From contig CACMJS010000001.1 of assembly GCA_902614085.1 (NCBI GenBank), positions 811,127 to 875,126 on the forward strand: a DNA stretch of 64,000 nt, given 5' to 3'. The notes beneath the pieces are model-generated. The model did not search any database, was not told the DNA's origin, and saw only the letters and a program-made list of their open reading frames with translations. Both the position numbers and the translations under genes were made by a program. The DNA is from an uncultured Alphaproteobacteria bacterium (lineage in GTDB: Bacteria; Pseudomonadota; Alphaproteobacteria; HIMB59; GCA-002718135). Below, piece by piece: positions 19,993-30,833 of the stretch (positions are counted from its first letter, which is position 1; every line of letters starts with the position of its first letter).

Positions 19993-21147
19993 ATGAAAAT
20001 AAACATATTTGGAAGTACAGGTGTTATTGGAAAAAAAACTTTAGAATTAATAGATAAAGATTTTACCAATATAAAAATTAATTTAATTTGTGCTAAATCA
20101 AATTATCAATTACTAAAAAAACAAATTTATAAATATAACCCAAAGTATGCATTTCTCTATGATATAGATAAATTGCCAAAATTTAATTATAAAATTAATA
20201 AAACAAAAATTTTAAATTTTAATGAATTAATAAATTATTTATTAGAAAGTAAGTCTAATTTAACTGTTTTAGCAATATCAGGATATAAATCATTGTATTT
20301 TCTTGAAAGTATAATTCAAAATACTGATTACCTAGGATTGGCAAATAAAGAATCTGTTGTTTCTGCCGGCCATCTTTTTAAAAAGAAAAAATATCTTTCC
20401 AAAACAAATATATTTCCTTTGGACTCAGAACATTTTTCTTTGTATGATTTTTTTAATAAAACAAACCAAAACAAAAATAACATAAATAAGATACTTCTTA
20501 CTGCTTCAGGTGGCCCTTTTTATAAAAGAAAATTTAATGATTTAAAAAATATTACATTTTCACAAGCAATCAATCATCCAAAATGGAAAATGGGATACAA
20601 AAATAGTATTGATTCTGCCACACTAGTTAATAAATGTTTAGAATTAATTGAAGCCCATTATTTATTTGATATTCCATTTAAAAAAATTGATATTCTTATT
20701 CATCCAGATGCTATTGTTCATTCTGCAATTGAGTATAAAAATTATATTACTCATTTTAATCTTTTTAAAAATGATATGAAAATTCCTATTCTAAATTTTT
20801 TGCTTATTTCGAAATATAAAAATTATTTGATTAAAAATCAGCAATATAATCTAGACTATAATCGTCTTAATTTTCATAAAGTAAAAAATGATACTTTTCC
20901 AATTTATAAATTTTTTAACAACATTGATAAAGAGATTCCTCAAAATTTGATAAAGTTTAATGTTGGAAATGAATATGCAGTGAATTTATTTAAAAATAAT
21001 AAAATTAATTACACAGATATTTACAAAATTATTAAAAAAGTTACTTCTTTAAATTTGTATTCTTCTGTAAACACCATTAATGATATTATTAATTATCATG
21101 AAGAAATTGAGCAAAATTTATCAAAATTTAAATTATATTCTAATTAG
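19993..21147 (+). CDS. dxr: 1-deoxy-D-xylulose-5-phosphate reductoisomerase
   Basis: N-terminal IFGSTGVIGKKTLELI NADPH motif and LANKESVV; 384 aa. Confidence 0.9.
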   Translation: MKINIFGSTGVIGKKTLELIDKDFTNIKINLICAKSNYQLLKKQIYKYNPKYAFLYDIDKLPKFNYKINKTKILNFNELINYLLESKSNLTVLAISGYKSLYFLESIIQNTDYLGLANKESVVSAGHLFKKKKYLSKTNIFPLDSEHFSLYDFFNKTNQNKNNINKILLTASGGPFYKRKFNDLKNITFSQAINHPKWKMGYKNSIDSATLVNKCLELIEAHYLFDIPFKKIDILIHPDAIVHSAIEYKNYITHFNLFKNDMKIPILNFLLISKYKNYLIKNQQYNLDYNRLNFHKVKNDTFPIYKFFNNIDKEIPQNLIKFNVGNEYAVNLFKNNKINYTDIYKIIKKVTSLNLYSSVNTINDIINYHEEIEQNLSKFKLYSN

Positions 21148-23368
21148 TTTATTAATTATTTTTGCTATACCAAAGACAGTTTTTGGAAATGATAATTTAT
21201 TTATAATACAGGGAAACAATTTTACTGACTCCAATGTTATTATTTCATTATTAGAAAATATTCCAGAAAATTTAGATGAAGAATACAGTAATGAGATTAT
21301 AAAAATTTTAAATGAGTCAAATCTTTTTTCTGATGTCAGGGTAAATTTTATTGATAATAAATACAACATTATTGTTAATGAATATCCAAATATTAGAAAA
21401 ATTTATTTTGAAAATAATGAAAGATTAGAAGATGATGAATTACGTACTATTGCAAATGATTTAGCTTTAACAAACTTAAATAGTAAATCCTTAAACTTAT
21501 TTATTAATGAAACCAAAAAAGTTTATGTATCCTATGGATATAATAATATTGAAATTGAATATTATGAAAAATATAATGAAAATACAAACACTGCTGATTT
21601 ATATTTTAATATTAATGAGGGTGAAATTACTAAAATTAATAAAATTATCGTAAATGGTAATAATTCTATTTTAACAGATGATATAAAAGGAATAATTAAA
21701 TCAAAAACAAGATCAATAGTTAATATATTTGCTAATAATAATTATAAACCGATAAATATTGAAAGAGATAAATTTACAATTGTAAATTATTATAAAAATA
21801 ATGGATTTCTTGATGTAAATGTCGAAACACAAATTGAATATTTTGAATCTAATAAAGTAAATATCTATTTTAATATTTCAGAAGGTGAAATTTATTCATT
21901 ATCATCTTTAGAAATGATTGATGAAAATAATATATTAAACTCTAAAACTGTAGATGAAATAAATAAAGAAATAGATTTGTTTATATTAAATCAAACTTTT
22001 TTCTCTATTAAGAAAATTGAAGAATTTGAAAAAGAAATCTCATCTATAATAATAAATAGTGGTCTAGATTATTTTGAAATAAACTTATATGAAAAAAAAG
22101 AAAATAAAAGTATAGGAATATTATTTCAAGTAAATTCAATTAAACCAAAATATACTAATCAAATAAACATTATTGGTAACTCAAGAACATTAGATTATGT
22201 AATTAGAAGAGAATTAGATATTATTGAGGGAGATCCAATTTTTAAAAATCAAATACCAAAAATAAGAGAAAAATTAACTTCTCTTAATTTATTTGAGTCC
22301 GTTATAGTTAAAGAAGAAGTTTATGATGATGATACAGTAGACTTAATAATAGAAGTTGAAGAGAAGCAAACAGGGACTTTTAATGCAGGAATTTCTTTAG
22401 GCACACTAGATGGTTTTTCAATTGTAACTGGATTAAGAGAGAATAATTTTTATGGAACAGGTAGATCATTAGATTTTCTTGTTAATACTTCAGATGATAA
22501 AAATCAATTTAAGTTAGTAACTACAGATAGATTATCTTATGAAAATGATGCCAATATCAGTTATAGCATAAATTACAAACAACAGGATTTTTCTAAGGCA
22601 AGTTCATACAAACTAGACTCACTATCTTCTGGTGTTGGTATTAATTACAAATTAAATAATAATCTCTATCATAACATAGATTTAGAATATGTATTAAAAG
22701 ATTATAGTATTACTGATTCTGCATCTGTATCTAATTCTATATTAAATTCATCTGGCGCAAATATGAGTTATCTTATTAAAAATAATTTTCGTTACACAAC
22801 AATTAATCGTGGATTTATTTCTAAAAAAGGAAACTTTTTGAATTTTAATAACACTATAGAAACTCCAACAAGCTCTAACAATGGCTTTATTAGAAATATT
22901 CTAACTTTAAAAAAATATTACAATAGAAATAATTCTATTTTTTCTATGCAAGGTCAATTTGGAAATATTATATCGTTAAGCAATAATGATATTCTAACTG
23001 ACGATAAATTTGCTCTTGGAGGTAGATGGTTAAGGGGGTTTGATAGTTACGGTGCTGGTCCACGTAATTCTAGAACCTCTTATGTTGGCGGAAATAACTT
23101 AGCTGTAACAAAATTTGATTATTCATATGAATTAACTAAAAATTCAAATTTTCCTATTTATATTAATTTTTTTAATGATTATGGGTTATTGTGGGAGAAT
23201 AAAACTACACCCACAAATAGTGATAACAGTTTAAGATCATCTGCTGGATTTGGTTTTAAATATTACTCACCTATTGGACCAATTGGATTTACTTGGGGAT
23301 TTCCTCTTATCGAGGAAAAATATGATATAAAGAGAATGTTCTTATTCTCTGTGGGAAATATAGATTGA
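21098..23368 (+). CDS. bamA: outer membrane protein assembly factor BamA
   Basis: Signal peptide MKKLSKIYQNLNYILISLLIIFAIPKTVFG, a POTRA-sized N-terminal half and the loop-6 GGRWLRGF motif. The preferred ATG at 21098 still overlaps dxr by 50 nt; the track start at 21080 would overlap by 68 nt. Confidence 0.9.
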   Translation: MKKLSKIYQNLNYILISLLIIFAIPKTVFGNDNLFIIQGNNFTDSNVIISLLENIPENLDEEYSNEIIKILNESNLFSDVRVNFIDNKYNIIVNEYPNIRKIYFENNERLEDDELRTIANDLALTNLNSKSLNLFINETKKVYVSYGYNNIEIEYYEKYNENTNTADLYFNINEGEITKINKIIVNGNNSILTDDIKGIIKSKTRSIVNIFANNNYKPINIERDKFTIVNYYKNNGFLDVNVETQIEYFESNKVNIYFNISEGEIYSLSSLEMIDENNILNSKTVDEINKEIDLFILNQTFFSIKKIEEFEKEISSIIINSGLDYFEINLYEKKENKSIGILFQVNSIKPKYTNQINIIGNSRTLDYVIRRELDIIEGDPIFKNQIPKIREKLTSLNLFESVIVKEEVYDDDTVDLIIEVEEKQTGTFNAGISLGTLDGFSIVTGLRENNFYGTGRSLDFLVNTSDDKNQFKLVTTDRLSYENDANISYSINYKQQDFSKASSYKLDSLSSGVGINYKLNNNLYHNIDLEYVLKDYSITDSASVSNSILNSSGANMSYLIKNNFRYTTINRGFISKKGNFLNFNNTIETPTSSNNGFIRNILTLKKYYNRNNSIFSMQGQFGNIISLSNNDILTDDKFALGGRWLRGFDSYGAGPRNSRTSYVGGNNLAVTKFDYSYELTKNSNFPIYINFFNDYGLLWENKTTPTNSDNSLRSSAGFGFKYYSPIGPIGFTWGFPLIEEKYDIKRMFLFSVGNID

Positions 23369-23898
23369 AGTTTATTTATTTAATAAGTTTTATTTGCATT
23401 GTTTTTTTATCAAAGATTGTTTACCCACAGACAATTGCAGTCGTTAATATTCAATCATTAATTGATAATAATAGTTATTATAAACAAATTATAAATGATA
23501 TAGAAATAGATCAGAAACAATACCTAGAAAAATTTGAATTAAAAGAAAAAGCATTAGAAGAAAAATTAAAAGATTTAGAGCAATCAAAATTAATCTTAAA
23601 TGAAATAGAAATAAATACTCAAATAGATAATTATAATAAAGAATTGACAGATTTTACTACTGCTGTTGAGGAATTTAATCAACATTATCAAATTCAAGTT
23701 ATAAATATCAAAGAGATAATTTTAAAGGAAATATTTATATTATTAGAAAAATATGCTAACGAAAATCAAGTTGATCTTATTTTAGATTCAGCAAGTTATT
23801 TAATAGCTTCTAATTCTATAGATATAACTAATAGTATTAATGAAAAATTACAAAATATAAATTTAAACCTGGAATATACAAACTTTGAAAAAAATTAA
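23365..23898 (+). CDS. skp: periplasmic chaperone Skp/OmpH family
   Basis: 177 aa with a signal peptide and a long coiled-coil, E/K/Q-rich body. Canonical bamA-skp-lpxD position. TTG start overlaps the bamA TGA (TTGA). Confidence 0.6.
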   Translation: MKFIYLISFICIVFLSKIVYPQTIAVVNIQSLIDNNSYYKQIINDIEIDQKQYLEKFELKEKALEEKLKDLEQSKLILNEIEINTQIDNYNKELTDFTTAVEEFNQHYQIQVINIKEIILKEIFILLEKYANENQVDLILDSASYLIASNSIDITNSINEKLQNINLNLEYTNFEKN

Positions 23899-24871
23899 AT
23901 ATAAAGAAATTAAAGATCTATTAAATAAAAACTCTCTTGAGATCATTTCAAATATTTCAGATGATGAGATCTTTTCGAGTGTTAAAACTATTTCAAATGC
24001 ATCAGATAAAGACTTATCTTTTTTTTCAAATCAAAGGTATTTAGACAGTTTAAAAAATATAAAAGCAAAAGCATGTTTAATAGAGAATAAATATAAAGAA
24101 CATCTACCAAAAAATTGTGAGCCAATAATAGTAAAAGATCCTTATTTGGCTTTAGCTTTAATTAGTAATTTACAAACTGAGGATAGTTTTAAGTCAAATG
24201 GTATATTATCTAAAAATGCAATCATAAACTCACAAAGCAATCTGCATAAGAATGTGCAGATAAATCCTTTTTGTGTGATCCACGAGGATACTGAAATTTT
24301 TGAAAATGTATATATCGGACCTAGCTCTAGTATTGGTCCAAATGTAATAATAAATAAGAATGTAGTAATTCATGATAATGTAACAATTTCAAACTCAATC
24401 ATTATGGAAAAATGTGTTATTCAATCAGGAGCAAGAATTGGTGGAACTGGTTTTGGTTTTGAGATGAAAACAAAACAAAAAATAAATCATACTGGTAATG
24501 TAATTATAGGAAAAAATTCATCAATCGGATCTAATACAACAATAGATAGAGCTGTTTTTGATTCAACAATTATTGGAGAATTTTCTAATATTGATAATTT
24601 AGTCCAAATAGCTCATAATGTTGGTATTGGAGATTTTGCTGTTATTGCCGCTCAGGTTGGTATAGCTGGAAGCACTCAAATAGGCAAAAACATTAAAATT
24701 GGTGGTCAAGCTGGTATATCAGGCCATTTAGTCATTGGAGACAATGTTACAATAGCTGCTAAAAGTGGTGTTACTAAAAATATACCTGATAACAGTGTTG
24801 TGGCAGGATTTCCTGCAAAAGATATTAATTTATGGAAAAAAGAAGTAATAAGAAATAGTTTAAAAAAATGA
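23885..24871 (+). CDS. lpxD: UDP-3-O-acylglucosamine N-acyltransferase
   Basis: 328 aa with left-handed beta-helix hexapeptide repeats. Position between skp and fabZ. TTG start. Confidence 0.85.
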   Translation: MKKIKYKEIKDLLNKNSLEIISNISDDEIFSSVKTISNASDKDLSFFSNQRYLDSLKNIKAKACLIENKYKEHLPKNCEPIIVKDPYLALALISNLQTEDSFKSNGILSKNAIINSQSNLHKNVQINPFCVIHEDTEIFENVYIGPSSSIGPNVIINKNVVIHDNVTISNSIIMEKCVIQSGARIGGTGFGFEMKTKQKINHTGNVIIGKNSSIGSNTTIDRAVFDSTIIGEFSNIDNLVQIAHNVGIGDFAVIAAQVGIAGSTQIGKNIKIGGQAGISGHLVIGDNVTIAAKSGVTKNIPDNSVVAGFPAKDINLWKKEVIRNSLKK

Positions 24872-25302
24872 AATTAGATATTGAAGAAATTAAAAAATTA
24901 ATACCCCATAGAGACCCTTTTTTATTTGTAGACACATGTGAAATAATAACGCCAGGCGAGCATGGAAAGTCTGAAAAATTTTTTTCAAATGATGAGTATT
25001 TTTTTAAAGGACATTTCCCAAATAATCCAATAGTCCCTGGCGTAATAATTGTTGAAGCAATGGCGCAAACAGCTGGTATTGTTGTATCTTATAAGCTTAG
25101 AGATTATGATGAAAAATCAGTATTATTTATGAGTGTTAATAAAGCAAAATTTAGAAAACCAATTCTTCCAAATGAAAAAGTATCATTTGAAGTAAAGTTT
25201 CTTAATAGCGTAAGAGACGTATATAAATTTGAAGGCACATGTTTTAAAGAAAATATTAAAGTAAGTGAGGCTGAGTTTTCTGCTATGATAACCTATAAGT
25301 AA
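24868..25302 (+). CDS. fabZ: 3-hydroxyacyl-ACP dehydratase
   Basis: HRDPFLFVD and GHFPNNPIVPGV hot-dog motifs; 144 aa. Confidence 0.95.
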   Translation: MKLDIEEIKKLIPHRDPFLFVDTCEIITPGEHGKSEKFFSNDEYFFKGHFPNNPIVPGVIIVEAMAQTAGIVVSYKLRDYDEKSVLFMSVNKAKFRKPILPNEKVSFEVKFLNSVRDVYKFEGTCFKENIKVSEAEFSAMITYK

Positions 25303-25362
25303 TAATCAGAAATATATTATTTATTTAAAGTTACATTTTCATAATTTAATAGAGTTATTCAT

Positions 25363-26148
25363 ATGATCCATCCTTCAGCTGTTATTGCAAAAAATGCAGA
25401 CATTCATGAAACAACACATATTGGCCCTTTCTGTATCATTGGGGATGGGGTTAAAATTGGAGAAAATAATAATTTAATTTCCCATGTCTCTATTGTTGGA
25501 GATACAACTATAGAAAATAGTAATACTTTTTATCCATTTTGTTCAATTGGTTCTGAGCCTCAAGATTTAAAATATAACAAAGAAAAATCGTATCTAAAAA
25601 TTGGCAGTAACAATAAATTTAGAGAAAATGTTACCGTAAATCCAGGAACATCTGGTGGAGGCTTAAATACAATTATAGCTAATAATTGTTTATTTATGGT
25701 AGGTTCGCATGTAGCACATGATTGTATTATTAAATCAAATGTTATTTTAGCTAATAATGCTACTCTTGCAGGACATGTAGAAATTGATCATAATGCAATT
25801 TTAGGAGGTAATTCAGCGATTCATCAATTTGTTAGAATAGGAAAATATGCAATGATTGGTGGTATGAGCGGTGTTGAAAAAGATATCATTCCATATGGTT
25901 TGTATACAGGAATAAGAGAAAATTTGAAAAGCTTAAACCTTATTGGTTTAAAAAGAAAAGGCTTAACATCTAATGCGATCAATGAAATTAAAAATCTCAT
26001 AAACATAATTTTTGATAAAAACGATACAATTGAAAATAATATTAAAAATAATTTTGTTGAAAGTTCTGAAATTTTAGAAATTAAGGAAGTAATTGAATTT
26101 CTAAACTCAAATTCAAAAAGAGGTATTACCACTTTTGAAAATGACTAA
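25363..26148 (+). CDS. lpxA: acyl-ACP--UDP-N-acetylglucosamine O-acyltransferase
   Basis: 261 aa with an N-terminal hexapeptide-repeat beta-helix (MIHPSAVIAKNADI...) and a helical C-terminus. Follows fabZ. Confidence 0.9.
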   Translation: MIHPSAVIAKNADIHETTHIGPFCIIGDGVKIGENNNLISHVSIVGDTTIENSNTFYPFCSIGSEPQDLKYNKEKSYLKIGSNNKFRENVTVNPGTSGGGLNTIIANNCLFMVGSHVAHDCIIKSNVILANNATLAGHVEIDHNAILGGNSAIHQFVRIGKYAMIGGMSGVEKDIIPYGLYTGIRENLKSLNLIGLKRKGLTSNAINEIKNLINIIFDKNDTIENNIKNNFVESSEILEIKEVIEFLNSNSKRGITTFEND

Positions 26149-26953
26149 AATAGGAATAATTGCTGGAGATGGTAATTTGCCTCTATATATTGGTAAATCA
26201 TTATTAAGTAAAAATTACGAAGTTACATTTTTATCTTTAAATGTTAAAAATAATAAATTTTATAGTAACCATCATGTTGTAGATTTAGATATCTTATCAG
26301 TAAAAAAAATCTTTAAAGTTTTAGATTCAAATAAAATAAAACATATAATATTTGCAGGAAGTATAAAAAGACCTGGTATTAAAGATTTAGGTTTTGATTT
26401 GCCAACATTGTTACTTGCTAAAAGTCTTTTATTAGAAAAAAAAGGAGATAATAATCTTTTAATGAGCTTGAAAAAATACTTTGAAACTAAAGGATATATT
26501 TTTTTTAATTGGACTAAATATTGCAAAGAATTATTTTCAACTGAAATAAATTTAACAAAAATCAAGCCTTCTAAAAATGCAATTCTAAATTTAAAAAAAG
26601 CAAAACCAATATATCATATTTATAAGAAATTAGATGTTGGTCAGGCTATGATAATTCAAAATCAATTAGTTTTAGGATTAGAGGCTATAGAAGGCACAGA
26701 TGAATTGTTAAAAAGATGCAAAGAATATAAAAGAAAAGATGATAATGGTGTACTATTTAAATTCTCAAAACAAAACCAGAGTAATTTAATTGATATTCCT
26801 TTAATTGGCTTAGATACTGTGAAAAATTTAAAAAAATATAATTATGAAGGTGTATTTTTGCAAAAAAATAAGTGTTTAATTTTGGATAAGAAAAAAATTA
26901 TTGATTATGCTAGTCAAAATAACTTATTTATCTCATCAGTTGATCTAAATTGA
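26141..26953 (+). CDS. lpxI: UDP-2,3-diacylglucosamine pyrophosphatase LpxI (DUF1009)
   Basis: N-terminal MTKIGIIAGDGNLP. Sits between lpxA and lpxB as in alphaproteobacteria that use LpxI instead of LpxH. I prefer ATG 26141 over the track's TTG 26135. Confidence 0.75.
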   Translation: MTKIGIIAGDGNLPLYIGKSLLSKNYEVTFLSLNVKNNKFYSNHHVVDLDILSVKKIFKVLDSNKIKHIIFAGSIKRPGIKDLGFDLPTLLLAKSLLLEKKGDNNLLMSLKKYFETKGYIFFNWTKYCKELFSTEINLTKIKPSKNAILNLKKAKPIYHIYKKLDVGQAMIIQNQLVLGLEAIEGTDELLKRCKEYKRKDDNGVLFKFSKQNQSNLIDIPLIGLDTVKNLKKYNYEGVFLQKNKCLILDKKKIIDYASQNNLFISSVDLN

Positions 26954-28077
26954 AAAAAATAAAAATTTTTGTTTGTTGTACTGAACAATCTGGTGAAAAT
27001 ATTTGTTCAAATATTTTATCAAGAATGCATTTAGATAAATACCAATTTGATGGAGTTTGCGGCAAACAATCTGAAAAATATATTTCTAATAAAATTTATG
27101 ATTTATCAGAATTTAAATCTATTGGGCTTTTTGAAATAATACTTTCAATTTCAAAATATTTAAAAATGATAAGAAGATTAAAAAACTATATTATTAAAAA
27201 TGATTATGATTTAGTTTTAACCATAGATTCACCAGATTTTAATTATAACCTTGTAAACCAATTAAGAAAATCAAATTATAAAAATAAAATAATACATGTA
27301 GTTGCTCCAACTGTTTGGGCTTGGAGATCATATAGGGCAAGGAAATTTGCAAATATTTTTGATGAAATTTTTCTATTATTTAATTTTGAAAAAAAATATT
27401 TCAATTTTAATAATATAAATAAAACTTTTATTGGACATCCAATTTTTCATATAAAAAAAAGAGAGAATAAAGATAAGTATCAGTACCTCTCGTTTTTACC
27501 AGGTAGTAGACAAAATGAAGTATTAAAACTTATTAAATATTTCAGTTATATTGAAAAATACATATCTAAGAATAATCTTAATTATAAAATATTTATTCCA
27601 ACTTTGCCTCATCTAGCCTCTTTAATTAAAGAAAATACTAAGGAATGGAAAACTGAGACTATAATCTCAACTGATATGAGTAAATTTGATGAATATTATG
27701 ATGATGTTTATGTAAGTATAACATGCTCTGGTACTGCCTCTTTAGAAATTGCCAAAAGGAATATTCCTCAAATAGTAATCTATAAACTTAATTATTTCAC
27801 AGAAATTTTAATCAAGCCTTTTGTAAGAGTGAGATACGCAAATCTTATCAATATTATAAGTAACAAAATGATTATTCCAGAAGTTGTGAACTCTAATTTA
27901 AATGAAAAAAAGTTATTAAATATTTTTCTAAATTTATTTAATGATAGAAAAAAACAAGAAACTCAAATTAACTCAATTAATATGCATCTTAAAGAAATTG
28001 TTAATAATTTTAGCCCTTATGATGTGAGCGTTAATCGTATAAAAAAGTTAATTAATCTTTCTTCCAAAGCCAATTAA
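26950..28077 (+). CDS. lpxB: lipid-A-disaccharide synthase
   Basis: 375 aa GT19-like protein with N-terminal CTEQSGENI (AGE-SGD type). TTG start overlaps the lpxI TGA (TTGA). Confidence 0.85.
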   Translation: MKKIKIFVCCTEQSGENICSNILSRMHLDKYQFDGVCGKQSEKYISNKIYDLSEFKSIGLFEIILSISKYLKMIRRLKNYIIKNDYDLVLTIDSPDFNYNLVNQLRKSNYKNKIIHVVAPTVWAWRSYRARKFANIFDEIFLLFNFEKKYFNFNNINKTFIGHPIFHIKKRENKDKYQYLSFLPGSRQNEVLKLIKYFSYIEKYISKNNLNYKIFIPTLPHLASLIKENTKEWKTETIISTDMSKFDEYYDDVYVSITCSGTASLEIAKRNIPQIVIYKLNYFTEILIKPFVRVRYANLINIISNKMIIPEVVNSNLNEKKLLNIFLNLFNDRKKQETQINSINMHLKEIVNNFSPYDVSVNRIKKLINLSSKAN

Positions 28078-29410
28078 AAATTGATTTTTTTTCTCTAGAA
28101 GATTCAACTTGATAAGGCCTAGCTTTATAACCAGTGTATAATTGACGAGGTCTGCCAATTTTATTAATAGGATCTTCTATCATTTCTTTCCATTGAGATA
28201 TCCATCCTACAGTTCTTCCTATTGCAAATAGCACTGTAAACATACTTGTAGGGAAACCTAATGCTTTTAGAATTATACCTGAATAGAAATCTACATTTGG
28301 GAATAATTTTTTACTAATAAAATATTCATCTTTCAGAGCTATTTTTTCTAATTCTATTGCAATTTTAAGTAATGGATCATCTTGCATATTTAACTCTTCT
28401 AAAACCTCATGGGCACTTTCTTTCATCACAGTGGCTCTTGGATCATAGTTTTTATAAACTCTATGCCCAAAACCCATTAATCTAAAAGAGTCATTTTTAT
28501 CTTTAGCTTTATCTATAAATTTTTGTATATTTGATACATCCCCAATCTCTTCTAACATTTTAATTACTGCTTCATTAGCTCCACCATGAGCTGGTCCCCA
28601 TAAAGATGCAATACCAGCAGCAATACAAGCAAAAGGATTTGCGCCTGAGGAACCTGCCAATCTTACTGTTGAAGTGGATGCATTTTGTTCATGATCAGCA
28701 TGTAATGTAAAAAATCTATCCATTGCTCTAACAATTTTTGGACTCACCTTGTAATCTTCTGATGGTACAGAAAATGTCATGTATAAAAAATTTTCAGCAT
28801 ATGAAAGGTCATTTCTTGGATAAACAAATGGTTGACCAATGGAATATTTATAAGCCATTGCACCTATTGTGGGAATTTTTGCTATTAATCTATGACAGGC
28901 AATCATTCTTTGATTAATGTCTGAAAAATCAGTACTGTCATGATAAAAGGCTGAAAGAGCACCAACAACACCTACCATAATTGCCATAGGGTGTGCATCT
29001 CTTCGAAAACCTCTGTATAAATTTACTAGTTGCTCATGCAGCATTGTATGATTAGTGATTACATCTTTGAATTTTTGTTTATCTTCAGGAGATGGTAATT
29101 CACCGTGCAGTAAAAGATAACAAACTTCAAGAAATTCACTTTTTGAGGCTAAGTCATGAATATCATATCCTCTATGACGTAAAATTCCCTTTTCACCATC
29201 TATGTAAGTTATTCCTGATTCACATGACGCAGTTGAAGTAAAACCTGGATCAAAAGTAAATAAACCTGTTTCTTGATAAAGTTTACGAATATCCAAAACA
29301 TTTGGACCATCTTTACTTTCAATAAGTGGAATTTGATACGATTTACCACTCTCATTGTTGAATAGAGTAAACTGTTTATCGTTTATTTTTTTATCTTCGA
29401 AATCAGCCAT
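28052..29410 (-). CDS. gltA: citrate synthase
   Basis: [14 protein letters not shown] signature; 452 aa. About 13 extra C-terminal residues ([13 protein letters not shown]) run into the lpxB 3' end. Confidence 0.97.
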   Translation of the reverse strand: MADFEDKKINDKQFTLFNNESGKSYQIPLIESKDGPNVLDIRKLYQETGLFTFDPGFTSTASCESGITYIDGEKGILRHRGYDIHDLASKSEFLEVCYLLLHGELPSPEDKQKFKDVITNHTMLHEQLVNLYRGFRRDAHPMAIMVGVVGALSAFYHDSTDFSDINQRMIACHRLIAKIPTIGAMAYKYSIGQPFVYPRNDLSYAENFLYMTFSVPSEDYKVSPKIVRAMDRFFTLHADHEQNASTSTVRLAGSSGANPFACIAAGIASLWGPAHGGANEAVIKMLEEIGDVSNIQKFIDKAKDKNDSFRLMGFGHRVYKNYDPRATVMKESAHEVLEELNMQDDPLLKIAIELEKIALKDEYFISKKLFPNVDFYSGIILKALGFPTSMFTVLFAIGRTVGWISQWKEMIEDPINKIGRPRQLYTGYKARPYQVESSREKKSIFNWLWKKD

Positions 29411-29412
29411 AT

Positions 29413-30813
29413 TTAATCACCTATATATTGATTTAATCTATCAATAGTATCTTTTTTACCTAATATTACAAAAATATCAGAAATTGAAGGTCCTTGGTAG
29501 GAATTTATTAATAAAAATCTTATTGGTTTACCTAAAACAGGGAATTTAATTTTATTATTTTTTAAAAAATCATTAATGACATTTTGAATATTGTCTCTAT
29601 TCCAATCATTTATTTCTCTAATTAATTTTAAAAATTCTTTAATAATACTATCAAACTCTGATGTTAGTTTTTCTGTCTTATTGATTTTATAATTTTCATC
29701 AAAATAAACTTTAATTGTATCATTCAAATCACTTAGTTTTTTTATATCTTTTTTATAAACATTAAAAATATTTTTCATTTTTGTCTCATCTTTTTGTAGA
29801 TATTTATTTAATTCAAAATCTTTTTCACAAAAATTGATGAATTCTTCTATTCCGTTTTCTTTTCTTAAATAAAAATTATTAAAAAAATCTAATTTATCAA
29901 AACTAAATATACTAGATGATTTAGATAAATTTGATATTTCAAAATTTTCAATTATTTCATCTAATTCAATAGTTTCTGATTTCTCTTTGTTATTTGACCA
30001 ACCTAAAAGTATAAGATTGTTAATAATAGCTTCTTTTAAATATCCATCATTTTTCAAATCTAAAATATTAACTGCCCCATGTCTTTTTGATAATTTTGTT
30101 CCATCTTCTCCATGAATAAGAGGAATATGAGCATATTGAGGTATATCCCAATTCATAAATTTATATATGTAGTATTGTCTAAAAGTATTAATAAAATGAT
30201 CGTCACCTCTAATAATGTAATTAATTCCTAAATCATGATCATCAACTACTACGGATAACATATAAGTGGGTGATTGATCTTTTCTTAGTAAAATGAAATC
30301 ATCTAATTCTAAATTTGCTACTGTAACTTCTCCTTGAATTGTATCTTTAATTTTTAAATTGCCTTCATCTGGTACATCTAATCTAACTACAAAACCCTCA
30401 TCTCTATTTTGAATATCATTATCATTTTTACATTCAGTACATATTTTTTTAGAATAATTTTTATTTTCTTTAATTAACTTTCTTTGGCTATCTATTTTTT
30501 CTTCAGAACATATACATTTAAAAGCTTGCTTTTTTTGAAGTAATTCTCTAGCAATTTTCTGATGCCTTGATAATCTTTTAGACTGAATTTGAATGTCATC
30601 ATCCCAATTAAACCCAAGCCATTTTAAAGAATTAGTTATGTTATCTGTGTATTCTTGTTTTGATCTTTCATGATCTGTATCTTCAATTCTCAAGTAGAAT
30701 TTAGATGATGCTGATTTCTTACTTATAATATAATTAATTAGGGCTGTTCTAGCACCTCCAAGATGAAGATTGCCAGTAGGAGAGGGTGCAAATCGTGTTT
30801 TTAACATAGTCAT
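29413..30813 (-). CDS. gltX: glutamate--tRNA ligase
   Basis: HIGH-type [18 protein letters not shown] and KMSKS-type KLSKRH motifs; 466 aa. Confidence 0.95.
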   Translation of the reverse strand: MTMLKTRFAPSPTGNLHLGGARTALINYIISKKSASSKFYLRIEDTDHERSKQEYTDNITNSLKWLGFNWDDDIQIQSKRLSRHQKIARELLQKKQAFKCICSEEKIDSQRKLIKENKNYSKKICTECKNDNDIQNRDEGFVVRLDVPDEGNLKIKDTIQGEVTVANLELDDFILLRKDQSPTYMLSVVVDDHDLGINYIIRGDDHFINTFRQYYIYKFMNWDIPQYAHIPLIHGEDGTKLSKRHGAVNILDLKNDGYLKEAIINNLILLGWSNNKEKSETIELDEIIENFEISNLSKSSSIFSFDKLDFFNNFYLRKENGIEEFINFCEKDFELNKYLQKDETKMKNIFNVYKKDIKKLSDLNDTIKVYFDENYKINKTEKLTSEFDSIIKEFLKLIREINDWNRDNIQNVINDFLKNNKIKFPVLGKPIRFLLINSYQGPSISDIFVILGKKDTIDRLNQYIGD

Positions 30814-30833
30814 CTTAAAATTAAGATAAACTA

